NCBI GenBank assembly: GCA_013359265.1
Contig: JABWCD010000005.1
Coordinates: forward strand, 73,678-137,677
DNA from: Candidatus Hydrogenedentota bacterium
Lineage (GTDB): Bacteria > Hydrogenedentota > Hydrogenedentia > Hydrogenedentales > SLHB01
Length of the DNA stretch: 64,000 bases
Reading direction: 5' to 3'
The translations under genes were made by a program, and so were the position numbers. The notes under the pieces are model-generated. The model saw only the letters and a list, made by a program, of their open reading frames with translations. It did no database searches and was not told the origin of the DNA. Positions within the stretch are counted from its first letter, which is position 1, and each line of letters opens with the position of its first letter. This document shows, piece after piece, positions 9,490-19,265 of the stretch.

Positions 9490-10371
9490 ATGACCCTCGA
9501 GCAACTACGTTTCTTCCGCGCCGTAATTGACGGCGGCAGTTTTCGCGCCGCCGCCGAACGGGTGCACCGCACTCAACCCGCCATTACCCACCAGATTAAA
9601 GCGCTCGAACGCGAATTGGGTCACGTGCTGATCGACCGCAAGACGGCCGCGCCCACGCCTGCCGGCAGACTTCTGTATACGCGAGGCAGTGCGCTGATCT
9701 CCGACGCGGATGCGATGCGGGCTGCGATGCAGGATTTTGACGAGACACAGGCCGGCGAACTGCGCCTCGGTACGAGCGACACAACCGCCCTCTACACCTT
9801 GCCCCCGATAGTGCGCCGGTTCCGCCGCGCAAACCCCGGAACACGGCTGCATATCGTGAATCGCCCGACCGAGGTCATCGCGCAGATGGTGCAGCTCGGG
9901 GACTTGGACATCGGAATCGTGACGCTGCCGGTGTCGTCCGCGCAATTGATGGAACGCGTGTTGTTCGAGCAGGAACTTGTCCTTGTCGTGCCACGGCGGC
10001 ACCGGATGGCGACGCGAACGATCGTACGCGCGCGCGATTTGCAGTCCGAACCGCTGCTGTTGCTCGAAGACGTGACGCGGACCGGAAAATTGCTGCGCGA
10101 GTTTTTTCGGATGAGTGGGTTTACACCGAACATTGTTTTGGACACGAGCAGTTTTGAAGTGATCAAGCGGTACGTGGCGGAAGGTATCGGCATATCGTTT
10201 CTGCCGCGCGCCGCGGTTAGGCCGCGGGACACAACATTGCACGTTGTGCGCGTGCCCGGTTTGCCGCGCGTCACGATAGGCGCCATTTGGAGGACCGGCG
10301 CATACCAGACCCGGGCCGCGCTGAATTTACTCGAGCTGTTCGACACACCGCGCAAGACCCGGCGCCGTTGA
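9490..10371 (+). CDS. LysR-family transcriptional regulator
   Basis: N-terminal HTH (LEQLRFFRAVIDGGSFRAAAERVHRTQPAITHQIKALE) followed by a LysR substrate-binding domain; divergent from purM. Confidence 0.85.
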   Translation: MTLEQLRFFRAVIDGGSFRAAAERVHRTQPAITHQIKALERELGHVLIDRKTAAPTPAGRLLYTRGSALISDADAMRAAMQDFDETQAGELRLGTSDTTALYTLPPIVRRFRRANPGTRLHIVNRPTEVIAQMVQLGDLDIGIVTLPVSSAQLMERVLFEQELVLVVPRRHRMATRTIVRARDLQSEPLLLLEDVTRTGKLLREFFRMSGFTPNIVLDTSSFEVIKRYVAEGIGISFLPRAAVRPRDTTLHVVRVPGLPRVTIGAIWRTGAYQTRAALNLLELFDTPRKTRRR

Positions 10372-10372
10372 C

Positions 10373-11956
10373 TTAGCGGCCCTGTGCGATATCCACCGGC
10401 GCGTTGTTGTCCGTGTACAGCTTGCCGTCCCGCGCGGCGGTGTGAGCGGCGGAGAACTGCGTGAGGCGTTTCGGAAAGTTTGGCGGAAGGTAATTGCCTT
10501 TCGCGGCAAGTTGCGCCGCGAGATCGGACAAGTCTGCGGGGTGCGCCAGCCACGGGCCATCGGGCCAACCTTTGCCGTCCCGCGTGCCGTTCGGCGCGAG
10601 CTTCGCCGGGTCTATCTTCTGCGCGAGATACACGGTGTTCCAACTGGATTCCGCCTGAAACACGTAGACCTTTTGGAAAACGGATTCCAGCGTCTGCAAC
10701 ATCCCGCGCACAATGTTGTCGTTCGATCCGCCATACTCGCCCATTACGTTGTACACGAGACAGCCACCGTTCTCGATGCGATCGAACGCGCTGCGAAAGA
10801 ATTCCTGGGTCGCAAGATGGTAGGGGAGATACGCGCCATTCGGCCCGGACGCGTAGGCGTCCATGATGATCGCACCGTAGGTTTGCTTCGTGCGTTGGAT
10901 GAAGGTCCGGCCGTCAATCGTGACGATGCGCAGGCGCGGGTCTTCGGGCAGTTCGAAATACTGCTTGGCGACCTTGACCACGGCAGGATCGATTTCCGAC
11001 ACCTCGATTTTCATTTCGGGATAGTGCTTCAAGAAATACTTCGGACCGGTCCCTCCGCCGAGTCCCACGAACAAAACGGATTTCGTCGTTGGGTCCAACA
11101 CGAGCGGCGCGTAGAAGAATTCGGTGTACTCGAAGCCGCCGGCGTATGCGTCCGTCTTGAACATTGTCGATTGGGGCGAGCTGTCGAAATACAGAATCCG
11201 TTTCTCGGCTTCGTCGCGGACCAGAATGTGGTGGTACGCGGAGTAGTTCTCGTAGATGGTCTGCGCGAACGCGGCTGGCGCAAGAAACGGCGCGCTTGCC
11301 ACGATCAACGCGGCTACCGGAGCGGTTTTGCGCCGCGCGGCGAAGTGAGCGAACACGATGAACACTCCTCCAACGACGAGCGCCGCGCAGGTCGCGTACA
11401 ACGATTCACGCACGCCCCAGGTCACGAACAGCGTGGAGGTCGCCATGGTTCCGCAGATGCTTCCCAATGTCGAAAGCGCCGCGATACGTCCCGCGCTCGA
11501 GCCGACTCTGTCCAAGCGCGTGACCGCGAGGCGAATGGCCTGCGGCATGACGGTGCCCAGGGCGAGCAGGGGAACGAGCGTCGCCGCCGCGGACGCGACC
11601 AGCGGTTCCCACCAGCGCATCACTTCGCTCTGCGCGACGTGTTCGGCGGTCTTCACGACTATCGGTTCCATGAAGACTGCGCTGAAACCGGCGATGCACA
11701 AGACGACGCCCAGCGGCGCCCACGAGCGAAAGCGGTCCGCCATCCATCCTCCCAGCGAATAGCCCGCTGCCAATCCGAGCAGACACACCGATATCTCCGC
11801 GGACCACACCTCGAGCGAACTGCCGAAGAACCGCTGCAGCATGCGCACGGCGATGAACTCGTAGATCATCACCGCCGCGCCCGAAACGAAGACGAGCACG
11901 CCGAGACACAGCGCCGGGACAAATGAAGCAGACGATACATTTTGTTCGTTGGACAT
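10373..11956 (-). CDS. Fused MFS-type membrane domain / spermidine-synthase-like (polyamine aminopropyltransferase) protein
   Basis: The N-terminal half is polytopic membrane. The C-terminal half has a spermidine-synthase-like SAM-fold block (VLFVGLGGGT...EIDPAVV...IIMDAY). Start placed at the ATG at 11956 (MSNEQ). Confidence 0.65.
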   Translation of the reverse strand: MSNEQNVSSASFVPALCLGVLVFVSGAAVMIYEFIAVRMLQRFFGSSLEVWSAEISVCLLGLAAGYSLGGWMADRFRSWAPLGVVLCIAGFSAVFMEPIVVKTAEHVAQSEVMRWWEPLVASAAATLVPLLALGTVMPQAIRLAVTRLDRVGSSAGRIAALSTLGSICGTMATSTLFVTWGVRESLYATCAALVVGGVFIVFAHFAARRKTAPVAALIVASAPFLAPAAFAQTIYENYSAYHHILVRDEAEKRILYFDSSPQSTMFKTDAYAGGFEYTEFFYAPLVLDPTTKSVLFVGLGGGTGPKYFLKHYPEMKIEVSEIDPAVVKVAKQYFELPEDPRLRIVTIDGRTFIQRTKQTYGAIIMDAYASGPNGAYLPYHLATQEFFRSAFDRIENGGCLVYNVMGEYGGSNDNIVRGMLQTLESVFQKVYVFQAESSWNTVYLAQKIDPAKLAPNGTRDGKGWPDGPWLAHPADLSDLAAQLAAKGNYLPPNFPKRLTQFSAAHTAARDGKLYTDNNAPVDIAQGR

Positions 11957-12047
11957 GATGCGCCAGTATACCGAATGAGCGGAGCGAATCGGAACGAAAA
12001 TGGGCGGCCACGTTTGGCCGCCCATAAAATCGATCACGAGTGCCGGT

Positions 12048-13664
12048 CTACTTCCGCTTTGACTTCGACAGTTTGCGGAGCTTGCCATCGATCGAAATCA
12101 GACCGAGCATCTTCGACAGTCCCGTCTTACTGTGCAAGACGTCGAGCAGCGCGCTCAGCAGCGCGTACTTTTCCTTCGAGTAGGGAAACCAATGCGGCTC
12201 GATCTTGTTGCCCGCGTCCACGATGACGGACTTGATGTGCGAGAAGCTGTGCAGCCCGTGCGGGCCGAAATAGCGGCCGAACCCGCTCTCTTTCGTTCCG
12301 CCGAACGGCAACGCCGCGTTGCCCTGCGTCGCGAGCACATTGTTTATCGACACGTTGCCGCTCTCGATATTCCGCGCAACGCGCTCCGCACGCGCGAGAT
12401 CGGTGGACCACACCGCTGCGCTCAACCCGTACGGCGTATCGTTCGCCATGCGCACGGCTTCGTCTTCAGACTTGAACTTCTCGACCGTGATGACCGGTCC
12501 AAATGTCTCCTCCGTGATCACGCGCATCGAATCGTTCACGCCCGAGATCAATGTCGGGGGATAGGCGTGCGAATCGCCCTCGCGCTTGCCGCCGGTGTGA
12601 ATGGTCGCGCCTTTCGCGCGCGCGTCCTCGACCAGTTCCTCGACCTTCTTCACCTGGAACGGCGCAGTCATGTGGCCTACGTCGAGATCGCCCGCATCGG
12701 GTTTGTCGCCGTGTTCCGCCGCGTGCGTCAGGTCCTCGATTTTCGAGGCGAGCGCCTTCACGAAATCGTCGTGGATGCGTTCGTGCACGAGCACACGCTC
12801 GATGGACGTACACGTCTGGCCGCAGTTCATCAGACCGCCCCACATCGCGCCGGCGGCCGCCCGGTCAATGTTCACATCGTCGAATACGACCATCGGGTCT
12901 TTGCCGCCCAGTTCGAGTTCGACGGGAATTAGGTACTGCGCGGCCTGTTCCATGATCTGCTTGCCCGCGCGCGTGCTGCCCGTGAAAAGGATTTTCGCGG
13001 GACGCTGATCGATGAGACGGCGGCCCGTCTCCTTCCCGCCGTACATCACCGTGATTGCGTCCTTCATGAAGCCGCTGCCTTCGATAATCTCTTCGTACAG
13101 GCCCTTGAGCGGCGTCCACTCGGACGGCTTGAACACGATCGAATTGCCCGCGACAAACGCCGTAATCATCGGCACCCACGCGAGGTTGAACGGGAAGTTC
13201 CACGGCGAGATGATCAACACGGCGCCCATCGGTTCGTAGTGGATGTACGACTTCTTGCCCTGCAGAATGATCGGCGTGGGGACCTTCTCATCCGCCAGAT
13301 ACTTCTCCGCCGTGTTCTTGTAGAAATCGATGATCGACAACGCCTGCGCGACATCCGCCATCAACGCGTCCACGCGCGACTTGCCCGTCTCCTGCACGAT
13401 GCGATCGACGATCTTCTCCTTGTGCTTGAGAATGTAGTCGCGCAGCTTCAGCGTCTCTCGAACGCGGTCGGCAACCGGCATCGCGCGAATCTTCTCGAAC
13501 GCCGCGCGCGCCCGCGCAAACGCCGCGGTCACCTCGGCGTCCGCCGGTTCGCGGAAGGAGTACAGCACTTTTTGCGTGCGCGGATCGCGCACGACCACCT
13601 CGGACGCGGACGCGCCGGACGTCTCGATGCGGATCGCTTCGGGGGCGAGCGTAGCTTCAGGCAT
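12048..13664 (-). CDS. NAD(P)-dependent aldehyde dehydrogenase family protein
   Basis: ALDH motifs FTGSTRAGK, ELGGKDP and catalytic-Cys region (GQTCTSIER). AAGGAGG sits 9 nt upstream of the ATG at 13664. Confidence 0.8.
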   Translation of the reverse strand: MPEATLAPEAIRIETSGASASEVVVRDPRTQKVLYSFREPADAEVTAAFARARAAFEKIRAMPVADRVRETLKLRDYILKHKEKIVDRIVQETGKSRVDALMADVAQALSIIDFYKNTAEKYLADEKVPTPIILQGKKSYIHYEPMGAVLIISPWNFPFNLAWVPMITAFVAGNSIVFKPSEWTPLKGLYEEIIEGSGFMKDAITVMYGGKETGRRLIDQRPAKILFTGSTRAGKQIMEQAAQYLIPVELELGGKDPMVVFDDVNIDRAAAGAMWGGLMNCGQTCTSIERVLVHERIHDDFVKALASKIEDLTHAAEHGDKPDAGDLDVGHMTAPFQVKKVEELVEDARAKGATIHTGGKREGDSHAYPPTLISGVNDSMRVITEETFGPVITVEKFKSEDEAVRMANDTPYGLSAAVWSTDLARAERVARNIESGNVSINNVLATQGNAALPFGGTKESGFGRYFGPHGLHSFSHIKSVIVDAGNKIEPHWFPYSKEKYALLSALLDVLHSKTGLSKMLGLISIDGKLRKLSKSKRK

Positions 13665-14083
13665 GAGGACAGACCTCCTTCGTGGGCCGGGAGCGGTTGA
13701 CGGCGCATTGGCTTGCATTTACCTAAGAGTAGGTAACACCCGGGCCGAAACGCTCACAACCGTGCGGGCACCTTGCAGATTCCGACTCCAAAACCGTGAA
13801 TTCACTATAGCAGAGGGTACGATCTGTGGCAAGGGGGGCGCCCAGTCCAATCGCGAGCGAATTGCGCGTTGCCGGCCGCTCACAGAGCGTGTGTCTACCG
13901 GGTGTCGAGCGCCCGCGACTCGACGAACTGCAAGAGTCGCGCCGTCGGTTTCCATCTCGCTGTATCGTAGCGACGACGTCTTTAATGTTCGTGGAAGCAG
14001 CATGACAAGCCGGCGGAGCACCGGTGCACCAAGTGGGACGACAGAGGTCGGACCTGCGGCATAATCGCGTCTGCCGCAAATTG

Positions 14084-15403
14084 CTAATGCGGCAACGGCC
14101 AATGGGAGCGGACGTACTCGAGGGCGGCTTTTTTTGTGGGGATGCTGCCTTCGAGTTGGGCGTCTTCGATGGTGCGGAGGATTTCGCCGAAGAGGGGGCT
14201 GGGGGTGTAGCCCAGGGCGATGAGGTCGTCGCCGGTGAGGAGGGGGGTGGGGCGGATGGCGTCGGGCGGGATCTTGTCGACGTAGTGTTCAATCCAGTCG
14301 ATGGTTTTGGTGTCGCCGTGGCTGGCGAGGCAGTCGAGGCGGCCGAGCTGCAGGAGTTCCGGGAAGCCGGGTTCGCGCACGAAGCGCTTGAGTTTGCTCA
14401 CGCGCATCTGCGGGGCGTGGGCGAGGCGCATGTGTTGGTCGACAAGCCAGACGATTCGCTCGGTGTCGTGGTTCGACATGCGTAGTCGTTTGCAGATCGC
14501 CTCGGCCATTTCCGCGCCTATCTTGTCGTGGTTGTTGAAGCGGATGCGGTCTTCGACCGTCATCGTTGCCGGCTTGCCGACATCGTGCAGCAGTGCGCCG
14601 AAGGCGAGCGTGGGCGGCGCGCCCTTGAGCATGTCCGCGAGAATGAGGGTGTGGGTGAACACGTCGCCTTCGGGATGGAACTCCGGCGGCTGCTCGACGC
14701 CTTTCATTTGCGCGATTTCGGGCAACACGTGTTCGAGCAGGCCCGTCTCGTCCATGAGTTCGAGGGCGCTGCGGGCGCCGCCTTCGGTGAGGATTTTGGT
14801 GAGTTCGTCGCGAATTCGTTCCGCGCTGGTTGTCGTCACCAGATGCGCCATCTCGCGGATCGCGTCGAACGTGGCCGGCTCGATGGCGAACCGGAGACGT
14901 CCCGCGAAGCGCACGGCGCGCAGGAGCCGCAGGTGATCTTCGGCGAAGCGCTGGCGCGGTTCGCCGACGGTGCGTATCAGCCGGGAGTCGAGGTCGTCCT
15001 GGCCGCGCACGTAGTCGACGATCTGTTCCGATTCCGGGTCGAAGAACATGGCGTTGATCGTGAAATCGCGGCGTTGCGCGTCTTCGACTTCGCCGCGAAA
15101 CTGAACAAACGCGGGGTGGCGTCCGTCGGTGTACGGGCCGTCCGTGCGAAAGGTCGTGACTTCAAACTGCGCTTCGGGCAAAACGACGACCGTCACACCA
15201 AAAGACGCGCCGACATGAATCGTTTTGTCGAACAGCGCTGCGACTTCGCCGGGCGTAGCGCTCGTGGCGACGTCGTAATCCTTCGGCGGTGTGCCAAGCA
15301 GCATGTCGCGCACGCATCCGCCCGCGAACAGGGCGCGGTGCCCGGCGCGGCGCAGCGTTTCGCAGATGCGTTCGGCCGCGGCTCGGTTCGGACTTGCGAG
15401 CAC
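14084..15403 (-). CDS. cca: CCA-adding tRNA nucleotidyltransferase with HD domain
   Basis: Pol-beta nucleotidyltransferase head (GGCVRDMLLG...DYDVAT) and HD domain (ALLHDVGK). GTG start at 15403 follows the upstream gene's stop by 1 nt; the longer ORF extension overlaps the upstream gene. Confidence 0.8.
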   Translation of the reverse strand: MLASPNRAAAERICETLRRAGHRALFAGGCVRDMLLGTPPKDYDVATSATPGEVAALFDKTIHVGASFGVTVVVLPEAQFEVTTFRTDGPYTDGRHPAFVQFRGEVEDAQRRDFTINAMFFDPESEQIVDYVRGQDDLDSRLIRTVGEPRQRFAEDHLRLLRAVRFAGRLRFAIEPATFDAIREMAHLVTTTSAERIRDELTKILTEGGARSALELMDETGLLEHVLPEIAQMKGVEQPPEFHPEGDVFTHTLILADMLKGAPPTLAFGALLHDVGKPATMTVEDRIRFNNHDKIGAEMAEAICKRLRMSNHDTERIVWLVDQHMRLAHAPQMRVSKLKRFVREPGFPELLQLGRLDCLASHGDTKTIDWIEHYVDKIPPDAIRPTPLLTGDDLIALGYTPSPLFGEILRTIEDAQLEGSIPTKKAALEYVRSHWPLPH

Positions 15404-15404
15404 G

Positions 15405-17567
15405 TTACTTCCCGGCGGCGAGGCGGGCGCCGTCGTGCACGTGCCGCCGCGGGAACAGGAACCATACGGCGCAGAGAATTGCCACGAACACGCCGCCGCA
15501 CGCCACGAGCACGGTGACACTCGCGCCGGGATTCGCCGCGCGTTGCGCGATGGCGAGCCATGCGGCGGAGCCGATGACCAGGAGCAGCGTGGTCCAGCGA
15601 AATTCGGGTTCGGGCACCATGATGCACAGGACGATCCACAAAAACGCGTGCGCGAAGAGGAGGACGGCGCGCCACTCGCCGTCGGACGCGATCGCCAGCG
15701 TGCCCGCGCCGATAGCGCCGGCGAGCAGGAGTGCGACTACTTGTGCGAGGTGGTCGATTGTGCCGCGCATCAATTCGCTCTGCACGCGCCACGGGAAGCA
15801 CCGTTCGACGGCGACGCACGTCACGATTAGCGCCGCGGCCATGAGCCAGACTTGTGCGCCGGAAATCGCAGCGCCCGGATGGACCAACGCGTAGAACCAC
15901 AGTCCCGCCGAAACGGCAAGAGCCGCGACCGCGCTCAGCTTGAGGCCCGCGGCCCGCAGCGCGACGCCCGAAAACGCGAGGCACAATGCGCTGCCCGCGA
16001 GAACTAGCGGCGTGTATGCAGCGCCGGCGAATCGGTGAACGAGGACCGCGGTGGACCCGATCGCGACTACGTACGGGATCGACGCGCTTGCGTGGTGGTC
16101 GGAGCTGCGCCCGCCGCTAATGCGGGCGAGGAATCGTTCCGATCGGTAGCCGCCGACAAAGGTGTAGGCTGCGAGGAGCGCGGTGTACAGCGTGAACATC
16201 GGCTGCTCGTGGAACCCTTCTTTCCCGACGTACAGGAAGAAATAAAAGCTGACGTGCGACGCAACGATCAGCATCACCGCGCCCACTTCGATCTGCGGCG
16301 TGCGAAGCGCGACGCCAATTACCGCGAGCGCGAAGCTTGACAGCGCCAGCATGAACGGCAGGGACGGAAGGTTGCCGAGATCGGAGATCATCAGCAGAGT
16401 CAGTAGCAGCGCCGCGCCGGCCGCGTGCAACAGCGACACGGTCGAGGACGGCACGTCGAACATCGTGTCCGCGAGAAACCAGTGGCCGCTCAATCGGCGG
16501 TGTTGCGGTTTCACGCTGCGAATGTGCGTGGCGTAATACCACGCCGTAAGGAGGAACACGCCGACCGCGAACAGTCCCTGCAGCCAGTTCGAGTACAGGG
16601 CGCGCTCGCCGACGTAGAGTGGTCCCGTAAACTTCATGGCCTGCATCGTCAACACGAAGGTGACGATCAGAACCGCGACATTTGCCGATTTCAAGACGAC
16701 AATCCCCGTCCAGTGGTGGAGCGCGGCGAGCAGGAGGCATTCGACGGCCAAGGCCGCGAGAAACCACGCGCCGTCGAGGATGGTGTTCATCGCGAAATTG
16801 AAAAGCACCAGCGCGGCGGCGACGAATATCTGAAACAGGTAGTTGCGGTGGGTGCCGCTGCTTTCGGCGTACACGGCGAGCAAAACCGCGATTCCGCCGA
16901 GGCACGCGTAGATGGGGCCCGCGTTCGTCGCGCCGTACAGGTTCAGTCCGTGCCAGACCAATGGGTAAAAGGCGAGGCAATTGATCGTGCCAATCAGCGC
17001 GGATCGGCCACGGCCACGGCCGATTCTGCGCGATTCCATCACGCACAGCATCGACACGAGCGTGTGCCACGCGGTCAGTGCGCCAAACGCGGTCCAGGCG
17101 TACGCGCGTTCGGATATCGGCAATGTCAGCGCCGGACGCATCAGATAGAGCGCGAACGCGGGGTACACCGCGCACACGGCGAAGAATAGGAAACCCAGCG
17201 TGAGCCGCCTATACAGAAACAGTGCGATCAGCGCGCAGGCGCCGCAGGCCATGAGCGCGGGGCTGACGCGAACGCTCGCCAAGCGTTGGGTCGCGGTCGA
17301 CCAATCGCTGAAATCGATGTCGCGGACGGAGTAGTTGACCGCGACGGCCGCGCCGGTCGCCAGCGCCATCAAGACCATGATCGCGCGAATGGTCCATGCG
17401 CGGCCCGTGGGTGGCGGCGGCTTCGGCAACGGATCGCCGATGCGGCGCCCGCGCGCGGACGATCGCCGATCCGCGCGCAGCAATTCCAACTCGCGCGTTA
17501 ACTCTGCGACGCGTCCTTCGAGTTCGCGAACGCGATGATTCGGGTCCTGTTGCACGTCCGGGGTCAT
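15405..17567 (-). CDS. Large polytopic membrane protein with N-terminal coiled-coil; unknown function (DUF2339-like architecture)
   Basis: 720 aa. The N-terminus RVRELEGRVAELTRELELLRAD is a coiled-coil, followed by more than 15 predicted hydrophobic helices. Confidence 0.5.
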   Translation of the reverse strand: MTPDVQQDPNHRVRELEGRVAELTRELELLRADRRSSARGRRIGDPLPKPPPPTGRAWTIRAIMVLMALATGAAVAVNYSVRDIDFSDWSTATQRLASVRVSPALMACGACALIALFLYRRLTLGFLFFAVCAVYPAFALYLMRPALTLPISERAYAWTAFGALTAWHTLVSMLCVMESRRIGRGRGRSALIGTINCLAFYPLVWHGLNLYGATNAGPIYACLGGIAVLLAVYAESSGTHRNYLFQIFVAAALVLFNFAMNTILDGAWFLAALAVECLLLAALHHWTGIVVLKSANVAVLIVTFVLTMQAMKFTGPLYVGERALYSNWLQGLFAVGVFLLTAWYYATHIRSVKPQHRRLSGHWFLADTMFDVPSSTVSLLHAAGAALLLTLLMISDLGNLPSLPFMLALSSFALAVIGVALRTPQIEVGAVMLIVASHVSFYFFLYVGKEGFHEQPMFTLYTALLAAYTFVGGYRSERFLARISGGRSSDHHASASIPYVVAIGSTAVLVHRFAGAAYTPLVLAGSALCLAFSGVALRAAGLKLSAVAALAVSAGLWFYALVHPGAAISGAQVWLMAAALIVTCVAVERCFPWRVQSELMRGTIDHLAQVVALLLAGAIGAGTLAIASDGEWRAVLLFAHAFLWIVLCIMVPEPEFRWTTLLLVIGSAAWLAIAQRAANPGASVTVLVACGGVFVAILCAVWFLFPRRHVHDGARLAAGK

Positions 17568-17599
17568 GCAATCAGTTTACTCGTGCGCGATTCGCAACG

Positions 17600-18925
17600 C
17601 TAACGCTGGTCCGCTGGTCGCAGGGCGAACCGCGTCGTTCCCGTTGGCGCCAGTTCGATTGCGAGTAGCGTTTCCGTCTTGCCGTCGGGAAGCGCGCGCA
17701 CCTGTGTCTGATGGGGCAAGCTGGTCCCGTCGCCGGCGGTGAGGACGTTGTCCGGCGATGCGTTCGAGACTTTGAAGTAGGCCATGACTGGACTCGAGGG
17801 CATCGGCAACACGCCGGGTTTTGGGGGCGGGGGCAATTTGAAGAGCCAGGCGGTCGTCGCGACAAGTACGACGGCCGCCGCGGACGCGAGCCACTTTGGG
17901 CGAATGCGCGCGTAGATCGTGCCGGGAACCGGGCGCGCACCGTAACCGAAGACGACGACTGCGAGCAACGCGAACATCACGCTGCCAACCGGCCATGATA
18001 TCTTCGCCAAGGCCATAGCGACGCGCTGCATGATTGCAGGTGGCGCAGAGGGTGGAGGCGGGGCCGGTTGTTCAAATGCGGCTTCGATGTTCACGGGCTC
18101 GCTTCCGACTTCCTGATCGATCGTGAAATAGCCCGTCGATCCGTCGAATCGAACGAATTTAGCGCCGGCAACGGAAACTCGCGCGAACGGCATCGCCCCT
18201 AGCCCGCGGATTGCTTCCTTCAGTTCGTCGTTCGATTGGCACGCCAACAGCATGATCGACGCGCGCCGCGGTCCGCTGTAGGTGCTGCGATAGCCATAGC
18301 CGCCCGAGATGCGTCCAATGCTGTTGCGAAAGTTGATCATCGAAGCAACTTTTTCATCGAGATGTCCGAATTGAATCCATGGTTCGGCGACAACAGCGGC
18401 GGAATTCGGGTTCTTACCGTTGAAGGAAGTCTGCTTATTCAACTCTTCTTCGGAACTCATTACCAGCGGCATCGAGAACTTCGCGCCGCCGTACCATCCG
18501 AGCAACAAATCCGGCGGTGTTCCGTGCGGTTTAACGTCGGCCACGGCAAATATGTGCGTTGGATAACAGTAAAGGTCAATTCCGATGTCCGCTTCGAGAT
18601 CAGTCCACCACAGATTGGAGAGGCCGATTCTGGCCAGGACAGGCCCGGTCTCGATCTGTACCGACCCCGGCCCATTTACCTTACCCGTGTTAAGCGTGGG
18701 GCACAGCGGCACGTCTCCAATCAATTCCTGATCGCCGGACGTAAACTTTTCGATTAGGGCGTCCGTGCAGTTGACCAGCATCGAATACGTCTCGCCGGTC
18801 ACGAGTAACTTGTGTGGCGTACCGCCGTCGTCGCGGACTTGTACGGTGCCCGGTTCTTCGGCTGCCGCCGCCCCCGCGACGTGGGCCGCGAAAACACACC
18901 AACATGTCAACACGATTCGTTTCAT
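17600..18925 (-). CDS. Secreted protein with signal peptide, proline-rich linker and C-terminal TM anchor; unknown function
   Basis: Signal peptide MKRIVLTCWCVFAAHVAGAAAA; a PAPPPPSAPP linker; C-terminal hydrophobic segments. Start at the ATG at 18925. Confidence 0.5.
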   Translation of the reverse strand: MKRIVLTCWCVFAAHVAGAAAAEEPGTVQVRDDGGTPHKLLVTGETYSMLVNCTDALIEKFTSGDQELIGDVPLCPTLNTGKVNGPGSVQIETGPVLARIGLSNLWWTDLEADIGIDLYCYPTHIFAVADVKPHGTPPDLLLGWYGGAKFSMPLVMSSEEELNKQTSFNGKNPNSAAVVAEPWIQFGHLDEKVASMINFRNSIGRISGGYGYRSTYSGPRRASIMLLACQSNDELKEAIRGLGAMPFARVSVAGAKFVRFDGSTGYFTIDQEVGSEPVNIEAAFEQPAPPPPSAPPAIMQRVAMALAKISWPVGSVMFALLAVVVFGYGARPVPGTIYARIRPKWLASAAAVVLVATTAWLFKLPPPPKPGVLPMPSSPVMAYFKVSNASPDNVLTAGDGTSLPHQTQVRALPDGKTETLLAIELAPTGTTRFALRPADQR

Positions 18926-19065
18926 CTTCCAACCGGCTCCGCTGCGTGGCGAAACGCAGCATGCTACCCGCGGCAGGCGTTCAGTTTCCATACGTTGCAG
19001 GGTAGGCCCTTGCGCAATATACTCCCTTGCGGGGAACTTATCTCGAACAGCGGGAGGGCACTGCA

Positions 19066-19233
19066 ATGACAATGGCCGGGTTGATTGTCTGCGTAATTGG
19101 CATCGCGGGGTTCCTCGCCAACTATATGGGCTTTTATCCGATGAGCGGCGTCATGGGGGACAACCGCCTCTGGGTGGGCGTGATGGTAATCGGTGCGATC
19201 ACCGCGATTCTTACCCGCCGCGCCAGCGACTGA
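19066..19233 (+). CDS. Small hypothetical two-TM membrane protein
   Basis: 55-68 aa hydrophobic ORF in the gap between divergent genes; weak support. Confidence 0.25.
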   Translation: MTMAGLIVCVIGIAGFLANYMGFYPMSGVMGDNRLWVGVMVIGAITAILTRRASD

Positions 19234-19265
19234 CTAAGGGCCGCGTCGACCAGTCTGGGGGATTC

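Noticed and set aside
10442-11926. 494-aa ORF antisense to the MFS/spermidine-synthase gene
   Set aside because: Antisense to a gene with clear domain signatures; the composition is R/G/H/D-rich with no motifs.
12132-12932. 266-aa ORF antisense to the aldehyde dehydrogenase
   Set aside because: Antisense to a gene with clear ALDH motifs; its product is Arg-rich and low-complexity.
14084-15520. Long N-terminal extension of the cca ORF (478 aa)
   Set aside because: The extension overlaps the upstream gene's 3' end and encodes a low-complexity segment (SPCSWRAAACSW). A GTG at 15403 lies 1 nt past the upstream stop and gives a normal-length CCA enzyme.
16117-17189. 352-aa and 254-aa ORFs overlapping the 720-aa membrane protein gene
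   Set aside because: They are spurious long ORFs in a GC-rich frame. The membrane protein reading frame shows coherent TM periodicity, so it is preferred.
18765-19265. N-terminal 167-aa extension of the 900-aa ORF
   Set aside because: It overlaps the 5' end of the opposite-strand gene (17600-18925). Starting at 19266 exposes a canonical signal peptide.
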